Of a DNA stretch of 64,000 nucleotides, positions 1 to 16,747 are shown in pieces (position 1 is the first letter of the stretch; each line of letters starts with the position of its first letter). The notes beneath the pieces were generated by a model that searched no databases, was not told where the DNA came from, and was given only the letters and a program-made list of their open reading frames with translations. The DNA is taken from assembly GCA_964016885.1 (NCBI GenBank), contig OZ024743.1, positions 363,072,001-363,136,000 of the forward strand, given 5' to 3'. Made by a program: the position numbers and the translations under genes. Source of the DNA: Eledone cirrhosa (Eukaryota).

Positions 1-152
1 ATACACACGCGTACATCAACATACAAAGAGACTTATATATACACACACACACACACACGCACTTCTCCGTATAAGACAAAAGCTGAAAAATATCTTTTGA
101 CATGCTTCAGACACATTCTTACTGACCATCCCTGCCACCACGAATTACTCTG

Positions 153-218
<66 letters not shown>

Positions 219-306
219 ACACACACACACACTTATCTTAATAGCCATTTGACACACATCGCTGCTAACCATTATCACAACATCGAACACCTTACTACTA
301 CTACTA

Positions 307-348
<42 letters not shown>

Positions 349-373
349 TTGTTGTGAAAGAGTCATTTCTCAA

Positions 374-590
374 TCTTGGCGCAAAATCAATTTTTTATTC
401 ACATGACCTCTACCGACCAATCAAAATTGTTTTGACCACAATAATTTTTTCTGGAGCCACTTTTTTAACATAAAAACAGTCTTGGCGCAAAATCAATTTT
501 TTACATTCACATGACCTCTACCGACCAATCAAAATTGTTTTGACCACAAGAATTTTTGCAAATTGGAGCCACTTTTTTAACATAAAAACA
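374..590. repeat. Two-copy direct tandem repeat, about 110 bp unit
   Basis: tcttggcgcaaaatcaatttttta...ggagccacttttttaacataaaaacag occurs at about 374-479 and 480-591. Confidence 0.85.
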
Positions 591-591
591 G

Positions 592-807
592 GTAGAATTC
601 CCAAAACTAATCAGATCAGAGCAAACACCACGGACACTCTATCTCAAAATTATTTTTGAAAAGCATTTAGAAATGCGCAACCGGTAAAAACTTAAAAACT
701 TAAAACCACAACTGAATACTAACCCATACAATCACTAATACTCTTTTATTCCTAATTAAACCATTTTTCAACTGTGAACAATTTGTCAGCATTTTCTATT
801 CCGTTTA

Positions 808-812
<5 letters not shown>
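592..812 (+). mobile_element. Short PLE pseudo-LTR (pLTR)-like element, family A, with hammerhead-like motif
   Basis: Homologous to 34480-34665 and to both arms of 41555-41940; ends in (TA)n; HHR-like fold at 653-689. Confidence 0.65.
653..689 (+). ncRNA. Variant minimal type I hammerhead-like motif (UUGAAAA...GCAA)
   Basis: ttt-TTGAAAA-gcattt/aaatgc-GCAA-ccgg-TA-aaa; same layout as the GAAA-containing relative at 58314-58351. Confidence 0.5.
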
Positions 813-4089
<3,277 letters not shown>

Positions 4090-4118
4090 ATGTAATAAAC
4101 AACATAAGGCAATTATTC

Positions 4119-4172
4119 CATTTACCAGTGGTTTCTTAAAAGCAAAAGGTTTTGCTTTCAATCCTCAGAATG
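4119..4172 (-). ncRNA. Minimal type I hammerhead ribozyme (family B)
   Basis: Minus strand: catt-CTGAGGA-ttgaaagcaaaa/ttttgcttttaa-GAAA-ccactgg-TA-aatg; canonical core. Confidence 0.75.
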
Positions 4173-4722
4173 AAAAAATCCTGGTTTGTTTATTGAATTT
4201 GGATCTTAAAAACAAAAAAAGCAAGCTATATGAAAGTGAGGCTGGAGAAGGAAGAAGGAAAGGAAAAATAAAAACAAAATAAGACTACCCATACAACCAT
4301 ACATACACGAAAACACACACACACACACACACACACACGCGCATGTGTATGCGCGCACGCACGCACGCGTATGCAAATATAAATATATTTCCCCCATACA
4401 CATGTGTGTGCGTGCATGCGCGCATACGCGCAGGGTATGTTCTGTTGAAAGTGTCTCGTGAATTTATGGCTACGGTTGTATAGATTATACTTAGAAATTG
4501 TCCACAGAATTCCCTAAACCTTCGTCAATATACTAGAACCTTTAAGAATTTAGCTTTTAAGGAATCTCCCCTTCCTCCAAATCTATCTACCATGACTGAC
4601 CCCATACTGATCTTACAGACACCTGTAAGCTAAAGAGAAAGCCAATGATAAGGATTGGCTCCAATCTGAATACAGAAATCTGTCTGCCTTTGTTCCTCTA
4701 AGAACAAACATATACAAACATT

Positions 4723-4764
<42 letters not shown>

Positions 4765-4787
4765 TATCTACACACACACACGCATAC

Positions 4788-4822
<35 letters not shown>

Positions 4823-5216
4823 TACACACACACACACACATACACACACACACATGCATATATACACACACATACACACACACAAAAGCACATATACATA
4901 CGCACGAAATAGTCAACGCATTCACACACTCTCACACATAAAAAAAAATTTTCAAATACAAATACATAACCGCATACATACGCATACATGCATAACCACG
5001 CACAAGTGTACAATCTATACACACACACATGTGTATACAACTATATGCACACACACACACATATATGCATACACAAGCACACATATAATTACATAAATAC
5101 AAACGTACACACACACATATATATACACACGTACACATACACACACATATACATACATAGCTAAACAATTATACACATACAAATACGTATATATCATAAA
5201 CACGCACAACAGAACA

Positions 5217-5288
<72 letters not shown>

Positions 5289-5363
5289 CACATATACAAT
5301 TATCAATATATACACACGCACATATGTACACACACACATATATACACACACACATATACATAC

Positions 5364-5404
<41 letters not shown>

Positions 5405-5529
5405 TGCATATACACATATACACACATCCACAACCACGCCCACACACATGCATACGCATACACACACGTATATGCGTGTGTGTATGTAAAACTCAATCTT
5501 AGATAAACCATAACGACCTTACATATACG

Positions 5530-8095
5530 TATATTAGTAGTAAAGTATTAAAGCAACATAAGGCAATTATTCCATTTACCAAGGGTTTCTTAAAAGCAAA
5601 AAAAATTTTCCTACAATCTTCAGGATGAGAGAAACCTGGCTTATCCACACATACACATATATACACACACACACAAATACATACATATATAAATACATAC
5701 ACACAGGCACACACACACATACGTATAAACATATATACATACACACATACACACACATATCTATATATATATACATATATATATATATATACATACATAC
5801 ACATATATACACACAAATATACACACACATACACATAGGTATGTGGAGGGCAAGGCAAAAAGAATATATGTGGGGGCCGCATAGGAGAAGGTAAAATATA
5901 AGGGGAGGTAAGGGAGAAAAAAAATATATATATAATAAATGTAGGTATACAAGAGTACAGAACGTAGAAACAGTAACATAAAAACCGTAGCAGAAGTAAA
6001 GAGCGGGAGAAGGAGTTCAAGGCGGTTGATTTCTCATAGGAGTGTCAATCCAGTTACAGATCAGGTGCGGTCTCAGATGAGGACAGCATCTGAAGATCTC
6101 AGTCTTTGAATTAAGGCAAGCGGAAGTGTCTCTCAAGTTTAGCAAAATCCTATACTTTTCTGTGGTACACAAAGAACAATTCTTTGTGCCCCTTTGGTAC
6201 TCCCTCGAATGGTCTAATATAGACCAATCAATAGAGTACGAGATGTTACTATCCTTGAGTTCCCACACCTTACTTGCGAGGGCCGTTGATGTTCGTTTAT
6301 CGGAGTGCTTAAAAGAAGCGACATGTGAGTAAAAGCAGGTTTTAAACCTGTCCTGGGTCATACCGACATATCGCTCACTCCTGGCTGGCTGGTTGTTGAT
6401 TACTGGTGTTATCGTAGCCTCATAAACGACAGATTTAATGTTACATCTACCCTGCAATGGGCATTCGTCCGGCTTCCTGCAACTGCATCCTGGATTTATT
6501 CTCGTCCGGTTTGAGCTGGTGATTTTGGACTTCATAGATGGGCAACAAGAGTAGCTGATCTTGACTACGTTCCTATTAAATATCTTATAGTATCTATGAT
6601 TAGGAGGAAAATGTTTGTCTAATAGTTCAAGGAATTTCCTTCCTACATTAGTTTTGACAGTTAGAGAGAAGGGGGGTGTGAACCAAATAATCTTCCTTTT
6701 CCTGTTATTGTAGTTAGTTTTAGGGGGGGGGGAGTAGGTAAATAAGAATTTTTTTCTGTAAAACCGCTGTTCTTAAGGGCTTTATTATAATAAGGGGCGG
6801 CTTTATTAAAAATGTCTATAGACGAAGATAAGGTAGAAATCCTACGGCTAATGTTAGGAATAAGATTATTAAAAACTATAGGGGGATGGCAAGACTCTTT
6901 GTGTATATACCTAAGATTTTCGTTAGGTTTATGGTAGGGTTTAAAAGAGGCAGTAAGTAAATCAAGATTATTATCAAGAAAGTTAGCATTAGTAAGGTTC
7001 GTATCTATAGTAATTTTAAGGTTAAGATTAGCAAAAGTATTGATTAAATCTTTACGGAATTTATCAAGGTCATGGCCGTTGGTGGTATGAGAAACTGCTA
7101 ATCCGTCATCACGGTATAAACCGATATTATGGGACGGAAATTTCTCTTTGAGGGTGTGGAGAAGGAACAATCCAACTAAGTCACACACATCCGCACTGTC
7201 ATATGAACCCATTGCGACATCAAAAGAGTTTTCAGGGTTTGACTTTTTAACCCAAATATTATCATTAGTAAAAAGTAAAGTTTTTCTAGCATGGAGGATA
7301 ATGTCTTCTTCTAATTTAGAAATATTAATGGAGGGTCTTGCAAAATCTAAGGCCTTAGTTAATAAGGAAACAGTAATAGAAGGGTAAAAATCGACAATAT
7401 CAAACTGGGTAAATCTACACTTATTTTTACCTTGTATATTATTGAACCAAGAAATAACAGAGGAAGTATTTAGCCACTGTGATAGGTCAGTGTTAGTTCT
7501 GATTTGGAGAATTATTTTTCTTAAGATATTCTTACTTACAAGGCCAACCTCGGATTTAGCCGGGTTAATCAATCTACAACTAGGTCGATTAGTAAAGTCC
7601 AATTTATGGTCTTTAAGGGTAATATATGCTTTACGCTTAGCTAAGCTTTCAATCCGGTTATCTATTTGTAAAGAACTAGCTAGTTCTTTAGCTTCTTTAT
7701 TGATAGTATTGTAGGTATTATTATTAGTTAATTGATATTTATTGGTAATACTATTAGTTAAAAGTTGGTTATACGAAACTTGATATCATTAATTAGATTA
7801 ACGAGGTCTAATTCGAAGCTGGCCATGTCTTTAATTCTAGGTGGATATTTACGAGATTTGATGTCAAAACAATCTTTAGTATCAGCCCTGAATAGTCCGT
7901 CGTAAACCATTGCCTTCCATCTCATTCTTTTAACGACTTGTTCGATTTTGTCTATGAGAATTTTGGTGTAAGTTATGTTGGAAGGAGTGGGTATATTTTT
8001 GATTGAATAATCCAAATCATAAAGGTCCATGGTGTATGTTGGTTAAATTCCTGAAAACTGTAGAGTGCTCAACTAATCGGGCTGGAAAGTGCCAA
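5530..8095 (-). mobile_element. Penelope-like retroelement 2 (probably Hydra clade), near full length, frameshifted
   Basis: ORF pieces 7758-8030 (YSIKNIPTPS, KRMRWKA), 6661-7602 (CRLINPAKSE, QFDIVDFYPSI, MGSYDSA, GLYRDDGL) and 6017-6535 (CSCRKPDECPL, VVYEAT, YVGMT). The CxCx5C linker is described for Hydra-clade PLEs. Confidence 0.9.
5573..5627 (-). ncRNA. Minimal type I hammerhead ribozyme (family B) in the 3' pLTR of PLE 2
   Basis: Minus strand: catc-CTGAAGA-stem II-GAAA-cccttgg-TA-aatg; homologous to 4119-4172. Confidence 0.7.
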
Positions 8096-9035
8096 TCATA
8101 TAAGTAATATAGAATATGCTACAGTCAATCCGGTTGGAGCTGTTAATGAATAATCATCGTCAGGAGTGTGAGGTAGGGGTATGTTTTGTGGTGGTGGTGG
8201 TGTTTCCGTGTGTGTGTTTGTGGTAGTGTTTGATGGAGTGAGATGGGGTGGGGCTGTGTTCTTCAGGGGTGTTGTCTGTGTTTTTTCTGTTGTTGTTGGT
8301 TGAGTGGCTGTTTGTTTTGGTGTGTTTGCCCGTTTCGTCTGTTGTTGTTGTTGTTGTTGTGGTGGTGGTGGTTGTTTTGGTCTTGGTGTTGGTAACAGTA
8401 CTTTTCTTTTTAAAGATTTGTTTGTAAAGGGCAGGAGGCTTTTAGGTGTGTTGTGCTTGCACATCGAAAATAGTGTGGCTTTCTACCCTCAGTTACGATG
8501 TTGATGTAGTTTTGGTTGTCGACCAGCACTCTTTCGGGGATTTTGGAAATTCTTTCTGGTGTCATTTGTATTATAATTTCCAAATTTGTCCCTGCCCACC
8601 TTTGTCTGGTTGACTTCCTGACCGAAAGAATTGTATCACTTTCTGGCTCTATAAAACCTGCTAAGATCCACCAAATGTTGATGTTTGGTGGTATATTATT
8701 TATTTTAATTTTTTGTGTTCTTTTTCCCATGTAAGTAGGGAAAACGGTGTGTGTTTTTGTGATGATTGGTGTAACAGAATGCTTTTGTGCGAGGGCCTCG
8801 CTTTTAAAAAGTACCGAAATACTTCCATTTATTCTGGCCCTCTGCATAAAATCAATGTCCGGCAGAGCCTCTTTCAAGGTGGTTTCAATTTCCCCTTGAC
8901 TAAGGAATACCGGTTTTTTTTATTTGAAACAGTTCTGAAGGTTACTGTCCTTCAAACTGTTTCTTGTTTAATTTGCAAGGGTGAGTTTATATGAAACCCA
9001 CCCTTTTCTTCAAAGGTTATGAATTGTTTTGCATC
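8096..9035 (-). pseudogene. LINE ORF1/Gag-like protein remnant (RRM-like region, degenerate CCHC knuckle, Pro/Gln/Thr-rich tail)
   Basis: ORF 8410-8877: IKINNIPPNI...IVTEGRKPHYFRCASTTHLKASCP fits Cx2Cx4Hx4C with the first Cys replaced by Tyr; continues in a shifted frame 8096-8464. Confidence 0.6.
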
Positions 9036-10434
9036 TTTAGTGAGCTGGTCTCAGGGTTACTTACTCCAGTAAGTACCACCGGATCCCAACTACTAAATTT
9101 AATAAAAAATAAGAGATAGAAGAATTTTCATACAATTTTATTTCTCGTGAGAATTATCTCTCACTGTATTTGAAGTAATAATTGAAGCGTAATAAGTTTC
9201 TCAAGACGAGTATCAAAATAACTTGCATTTATTGTAGTCCATGTTACAAATGTGGTAAACAAATGTCCTCGTGGCATAACGAGGTATAATCCTGAACCAT
9301 AAGATGTGGTTGGAAAAAGGTTAGCAAGCTTGCGCTCGATGTGATTACTTCCAGGGTTGATCGGCAAAAGAGAGAGAGAGAGATGAACTTCAGTTCACTC
9401 TTTTATAATCCTTTGAACGGAAGTTAAAAGGAAGGTTCTAGAATTTCAACGGGAAGTAACTCTAGCTACTCTCCTCTTCCTCCTCCTCCTCCTCCTCCTC
9501 CTCCTCCTCCTCCTCCTCCTCCCCCCGCCTCCTCCTCCTCACGACACTTCCTGTTCATTTTCCGCCAAGTTTAATGTGAAGACTTTCATGCTTCTGTGGT
9601 TTCTTAAGTAGGATGCAAAATAGTTTCAGCAACCCCACAGAAGAAATGATGATTTCCTCCCAATTATTATCTAAATGTACATCATGAAAAGTCACGCCTT
9701 CCAGAGTTTCTTATCAGAAGCAACTGTCTCCAACTAATCCGACTTGATCCCCTAGCAAGACCAACTGAGCTCATGGATATTATCCAACACTCTAGTTCGT
9801 GATCTAACTTTGGGTCTGTTACCGGTTGGATTTTCCTGTAAAATCTGTCAAGCGAATATTTCCTTATACATGCTAACTACATGCAGTACCGCAGCTGGGA
9901 TCTCTCCATGTGAAGTAGCGGCTCTGATTTTCGAGCCATGTTCCCTTTACACCTAAGACGGTTCCGCGGAACCTCATCTCGGCCGCTTATATTCTTGATC
10001 ATATTCTTTCGTTCGTTACTCGATATTAATAACCATAGGTAAGAGTAGGCACGAACACCGAACTGATGATAGCTGGTTTTGCTTTTACACCTACCTCCTT
10101 TCTCCCGATGATCAAGTGCAGAAGTACCGGATCTGGCACATTATTGTAACAGATCCAGCAAAAAACAACAACAACAACAACAAAAACAACAACAACAGCA
10201 ACAACAACAAAAACTGCAGTATGTATAGCGGTTAAAATTATAGCGAGTCTGGTGCTAGAATGGATTGTTGTGTTGCGGTGTTAATTCGTTTATTGTGTGG
10301 GTACTCACTTGTGAATTGCTCACTGATGTGGTCACTATTGTGCAGCGTGCAGGCAAAGGAAGATTGATGTGCTTGATACAATGTGACCAGAGATTGTGGG
10401 TGTGCAAATAAGTGAGTAAGTGTTCATTAGGATG

Positions 10435-10530
10435 TAACTTTGCCTTTCATCCTTACGGGGTCGATAAAATAAAGTCGCAGTAATACACTGGGATAATTGC
10501 TGGCCTTGTGCCAAAAGTAGAAACAATTAT
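10435..10530 (+). mobile_element. SINE 3' half (abundant tRNA-derived family with a Meta-domain-like core)
   Basis: aactttgcctttcatccttacggggtcgataaaataaagt...ctggccttgtgccaaaagtagaaacaatt, shared with 32270-32650, 38720-38905 and 63742-63935. Confidence 0.75.
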
Positions 10531-10626
10531 TATGTATCAGGTGTGATGTGTATGTCTGTCTGCTTGCAAGGGTATTATTAAAAATGTATTTACCAAAGCT
10601 CTGTTGGTAGGATGAATTTTGCTGGT

Positions 10627-10873
<247 letters not shown>

Positions 10874-13119
10874 GCAAAAAGTGAGAGACCCAAAGGGGTC
10901 GGTGAGTTAGACAGTTGACCACTGCATCTGTGCTAGTCGGTAGTTACTCTGCAAGTGCCTGAATATACTCTGGGAGCAGGTTATTTATGGGTATTGCTTC
11001 CTTTTGTCTCCAAGACTTGAGAATAAGCAGATGGCCGATATGTCAAAATCTCAGAAATATTGGCGACTCGAAAGCCGATTTACAATGGAAACGTATCTGT
11101 GAAGCCACGACAGTCAGCTTCAACGATGGCCACTTCATAGTGTAAAATAAACTCTACAAAGGAGAATATCAAATAACTGCTACATATGTATGGTCAGATT
11201 AAATCAAAGCATTGTCCTTCATACCAGCTAACTAGGGGCGCGTTCGGGCCTTAGGTAAAGAAGCCCGTTCGAAAAATATTTTGCAGTCTCCATCTAATGA
11301 CGAAAAGTCTGCCGATGGGCCTGTGACTTGTCCTGGGAGGCGTGGGACGGACTTACGAAGAGGGTCCAGTAAGGAGCAATGGGTCCAATTCGCCAATGAA
11401 AAGATATTATAGATACGATATCACAATAACAGCACTGCCTTACTCCCACCACAGCCACACCGCTATGAACGTCTTTACTAATAGTTGTAATGACAACCAC
11501 ATTGCCCGACCACCACCATTGTACTGACTAACAATATTAATAACAACGACAACAGTCTGACGGTAGTGGAGGAAAGCTGAATTTTCTATCACCAAATCAG
11601 ATCTATATACACTATACGTTATCATCGCAGCTCTCACCGCCACTACAAGCAAAACAATTCGAGGTGACTGCGAAGTAGAGGTGTGTATATTTATTTCACC
11701 TCTCCCTCCTTTTGCTCCTGATGTTTGCAACAAATTTCTTTGTCCTCCCTCTCTCCCTCTCTTCTCATACCAATACTCCACTTAGTATCCTACTGACTAT
11801 CGTCAGTCCTAACGTTATAGTGAGGACAGGTGAGAGGGGAACAGGTGAGAAGTAAAGCTGGCCGTCTAGCTAACTAACACTCGAAACGTACATTTAACAT
11901 TGTCGCTAAACGGCTCCACGCTAAATCATTGTTAATACTTTAGCTTCCTTCATTTCTTAACTTTATTACATGAAGCCGAGCTTTTAATCCATCCTATAAA
12001 ATAGTCGATGATTTTTGCCACCAAAAGAAGATCAGGAGTTACCTTTTCAATATATATAAACCTAGTATTTCATCAATGAAGACGAGGTTATCTGTTAAAC
12101 AATGACTATTTCATTGAATTTTAAACTCTAGTTGAAATGTCAACTTTACTTTTCTCTTTTTGAAATTAGCATTTCGTGAGAATGACAACAGGAGTAATGT
12201 CACAGAAAGTTGTATCAAAGATATAGAAACAAGTCACACCTCACCTCAGTTTCCGACTTAAACATTCATTTTATTCCTAGAGGTTTCATTACTTCTAAAA
12301 AAAAAAATAATAATAAAAGTACTTTCATAACATTCTTAATCTCACCTTGTTTACATGGTTGTGTTTGATGGATTAGACTATCCTGAACGAATTATATTAA
12401 GAAAAAATTCTTATAATTTATTTTAATAATCGTCATTTCTTTCCCCTCGTTTGTGAATCTACCAAAGTGAAATGTTCTTTAACTTAAAAACTTAACGTGT
12501 TCTATATGAAACTCTTCTCCAGGTAAGTACCTATGTTTGGTTGCTTTGTAAAACAACATTTTGCTCTTCTAGTCACATCGATCTATTTTTTTTAACGATG
12601 TTCCTAATTATTAATTATGCCAGTTATTATTGTTATTCCAAATTGATTTATTAAATCGCGACTGAGTTATGTGTATCTAAAGATTTTGTAGTACTTTGTT
12701 GTTGCTGTTTTTATTTATTGATGCTTAAGGATTGTATATTGGCGAAGTCGTTAGAGCGTCGGACAAATGTATATCTGTACTTTGTTGTTGTTCTCTACGT
12801 TCAGAGTTCAAATCCCGCCGAAGTTGATAAAATATAGTACCAGCCAAGTCCTGGGTCTCAATAATCAACTTTCCTTTTATATTTTAAACTAGTATTAACT
12901 ACTAGGCTCGTTCTTTACGTAAGGTCTCAGCTCTTTTGTTCTGGCATTGTGTAGAGGTGGGAATATTTCTGGATGTTATTGCCAACATTTATTTATGCCG
13001 TTGTTGTTCTTTTTTATCCCCAGTCCAGCCGAGATCCAACATCAGACATATGATTAAAGGTGTTCCAGCTGTAACCATCCCACCTTTTATTCAGACACAG
13101 AGCTAAGATTACCTTATTT

Positions 13120-13532
13120 CAGAGGTTCTCAAACTTTTGCCCCCACCCTCGGCCACGTAGTACCCTCAACACTCCAACCCTATTTCCAGAGAGACCTGCC
13201 TACACGCAAATTGTAAATAATATATAGTAAATAAAATCATTAGTTTATATATAATAAATAATATAATTGTTTCTACGTTAGGCACAAGGCCAGCAAATAC
13301 CCAGTGCATTACTGGTACTTTATTTTATCGACCCCGTAAGGATGAAATAATATATACTATGTATAAATAAATATTATACATATTTTTATTTTACTATATA
13401 TATATGTATCATTTGATATTTAATATTCTATTATACCATCTCTTCCGCCCCCATCGCCCCCTTAGGCGGCAGCGCCCCCTTGGACCTCCTCAGCGCCTCC
13501 AGGGGGCGGCAGCGCCCACTTTGACATGTCTG
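13120..13532. mobile_element. hAT/Charlie-like MITE with a nested SINE fragment (13262-13345, minus)
   Basis: Imperfect TIRs cagaggttctcaaact / actttgacatgtctg; GC-rich subterminal ggcggcagcgccc repeats. Confidence 0.55.
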
Positions 13533-13737
13533 GTTTAAAAGATACATCAGTAGATGGAATTATGGTTGGTGTTTGCCTCTTGCAGTGGGTAGGAGTGGAA
13601 ATATTCGCAGACTATTATTGTTGACACTGTTTATGTTGGTATTATGTTTTACGGCATTTAGTTACAGCCCTCTATATTCTCAGTTCAAATCTCGCCAAGG
13701 TCAATCTTGCCGTTCGTTCTTCAAGAGAATGATATGT

Positions 13738-14037
13738 GATGGTGGTGTTGGTGTTGGTGTTGGTGTTGGTGGTGGTGGTGGTGGTGGTGGTTGTGGTGTT
13801 GGTGGTGGTCGTAGTGGTGTTGTTGTTGTTGTTGGTGGGGGTGTTGGTGGGGGTGTTGGTGGTGTTGGTCGTGGTGGTGTTGGTGTTGGTGTTGGTGTTG
13901 GTGGTGGTGGTGGTGTTGGTGGTGGTCGTAGTGGTGTTGTTGTTGGTGTTGGTGTTGGTGTTGGTGATGGTGGTCGTAGTGGTGTTGGTGTTGGTGTTGG
14001 TGTTGGTGTTGGTGTTGGTGTTGGTGGTGGTTGTGGT
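13738..14037. repeat. (GGT/GTT)n compound microsatellite
   Basis: Seen directly; explains the poly-Gly/Val ORFs. Confidence 0.92.
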
Positions 14038-16336
14038 GATCAGAGTTTATATAGTAATGCTGTGAGTGGAGTGGTGAACTGGCAGAATTTTTTGTTTGTC
14101 TTGATGCATTTGTTCCGCCTCTTTACCTTTTCAGTTCAAATTCTGCTCAGGTTAACACTTCCTTCCCTTCTACGGGAAATCGATAAAATAATATATTAGG
14201 TTCGATTTAATCGATTAACCCTTTTCACTAGATGTGTGACCTATGCTAAAAGAAGATATTAATACTGTAGATGGGGAAAACGACAGTGTGGTCGTAGCTG
14301 GACTCATAGGTTTGCTCGATCGTGGCTGAGCTGTAAGTCAAGGACAATAATTGTTTCTACTTTAGGCACAAGGCCAGCAATTATTCAGTACATTACTGGT
14401 ACTTTATTTTATCGACCCCGTATCTACTCGTGGCACACATTTTACATGGTTTCCTATCTACTATTTTGCGTAACACATGACTCCAAACAGTCTAAAAGTT
14501 ATCGTTGTTGATATAATTACTGTTTCATTGTTGTTGTTTGGGTTGCTGTTACACATGCTGCTGAAGTTGCTATAACTGTTATTGCTGTGGTTTCCTTTCC
14601 GTTGCAGCAGTAGTAATAGTAGTTTTAATACTTAAAGGGTGACAGCTTTGTTGTTTACCATTTCGGAGTCGATAAATTGAAGTACCAGTTATGTACTGGG
14701 AGCCATTTCTATTCTTCTAATGTACCCCTCGTGTGAATGATATTATACGAAGGAAAGGACGAGCTTTTCATTATTTTCCGTTGCATCCTTTGACATCGCC
14801 AGTGGCAACAAATTTCCAAAGGTTAAGCTTTAGATAGAACTTAATAACTATTACAACAGAGCCTAGTTCTAGAATAAGAAGTATAAAACAATCTCGTAGC
14901 TGTTTATTGCTGTTCACTGTGTAATGATTGTTTATAGGTGTAGCGTTGTCAATGTGATTTATGGGTTGCCGTCAGTTGTGTAGGACATATAGGGGATGGG
15001 TCATTAATATACTCGTATCAAATGTGGAATGTAACTACCCCCACCTTAAGTTGGTAATAGACTTAGGTCAAATTTGAAATGTAGTTCCCATTTTCAAACT
15101 GCTCATTAAGTATTTTATTAATCAGTACTAAATTTATATGGTCTATATATGGATATGTATATGTACATGTAGTATACACGATGTACTTACAATCAACAGA
15201 ACAGAATAAAAGAGCTAGAATCGATGGTTTTGATCTGGCTTGGTGATCTGTTAGAGAACCTAGAACACATTATTATTACTTATATTCTATAGGCGTATGT
15301 CCACTGTGTGATATATGCCTTTTTATGCGTATAAGTTTACATATAGTTTATATTCCTTTTCTAAGATGGTAGCGTATGATTTTAATGACATTTGGTTGAT
15401 AATTCTAGAAGGTCGAACAACGAAAGGGGTGCTCTAGTAAAGTGGCTGTATAGAGTGGGGCAATGAGAGCGATACATTCTCAGAAGCATAAACTCTTGCT
15501 ACGTCACTGGGATGCTATTTCGTAGAGTTGCATCCACAGTGGTTGGTATGGGTTGGTTTCCTTATATCTAAGGATCTAACACGTAATATCCTAATAGTCC
15601 CGATAGTGTGAATTATAAGTGAGTAATTATTAAAGTAACCAATGAGGTTGGTGGATTGATAGAGACGTTAGAGCTTTGAATTAAATGTTCAGATTCTTTA
15701 TGCTATGACTTCAAATCTCATCGGGGTCAAATTTTCTTTTTATCTTTTTGGAGTTGGTAAAATAAAATGCTAGTGGATTGGCTTAATTGTTAGAGCGTCG
15801 GACTGTGACAGGGTACGACTGGAGTCAGTATCATTAAAATATTCCCAAACCCCGTCAGATGTAACCTCACGGGAGGCTGGCAAAATCTCTGCAGGTGTAA
15901 GCAACACCCAGACAATAACAATGTGTGTACGTGATTGTCAATTGATGTTTGATGATGGATCCTCCGTCGTTTTCGACCATGAGCATTCAGTTGTTCGATC
16001 AAATGAACATCCGTTATCGAGTAAGTCATTATAGATTTGAACATACGCGGCCGGAAAATATTTTTTTTAAATTCAAAACTATGTCAAACTCCCAACGTCC
16101 TTTTCAACATTAAACTGCATCACCTAATATAAGGAAGGAAATGCTAACCCCTACCTTATTCATTTTTTCTTATGTTGTCTCAACCACCAGATGTGAAAGC
16201 AAATTGCCTATGAAAACAGAACACACTATTAAAATAGCCAGATTCACGCGACATCCTTCCTCTCTTTCTCCTTTTCTTTCTCCTTCCCTTCCCTGTATAT
16301 ATCCAGGTTCCACTATATATATGTATAAATATATAT

Positions 16337-16370
<34 letters not shown>

Positions 16371-16373
16371 TAT

Positions 16374-16447
<74 letters not shown>

Positions 16448-16636
16448 TGTCGGGTTTGTCTAACAGCCAGTCTCCCCCTCTCTCTCTCACTTCTTCTGTC
16501 GTGGTTTCAGTACGTGAGTGTATGGTTGTAGAAAAGAGAGATGTTTGTGCGTGTTAAGCTATAAACCAGTCTGTGTGTGTCTATCTTATTACGCATGTAG
16601 GCATTCTTTTTCTCTCTCCCTCTCCCTTTCAAACAA

Positions 16637-16747
<111 letters not shown>

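Noticed and set aside
9560-10140. Possible decayed LINE RT fragment or host exon
   Set aside because: No motif could be read with confidence
13573-14199. 208-aa Gly-rich ORF with an apparent signal peptide
   Set aside because: Built from a GGT/GTT microsatellite and SINE fragments
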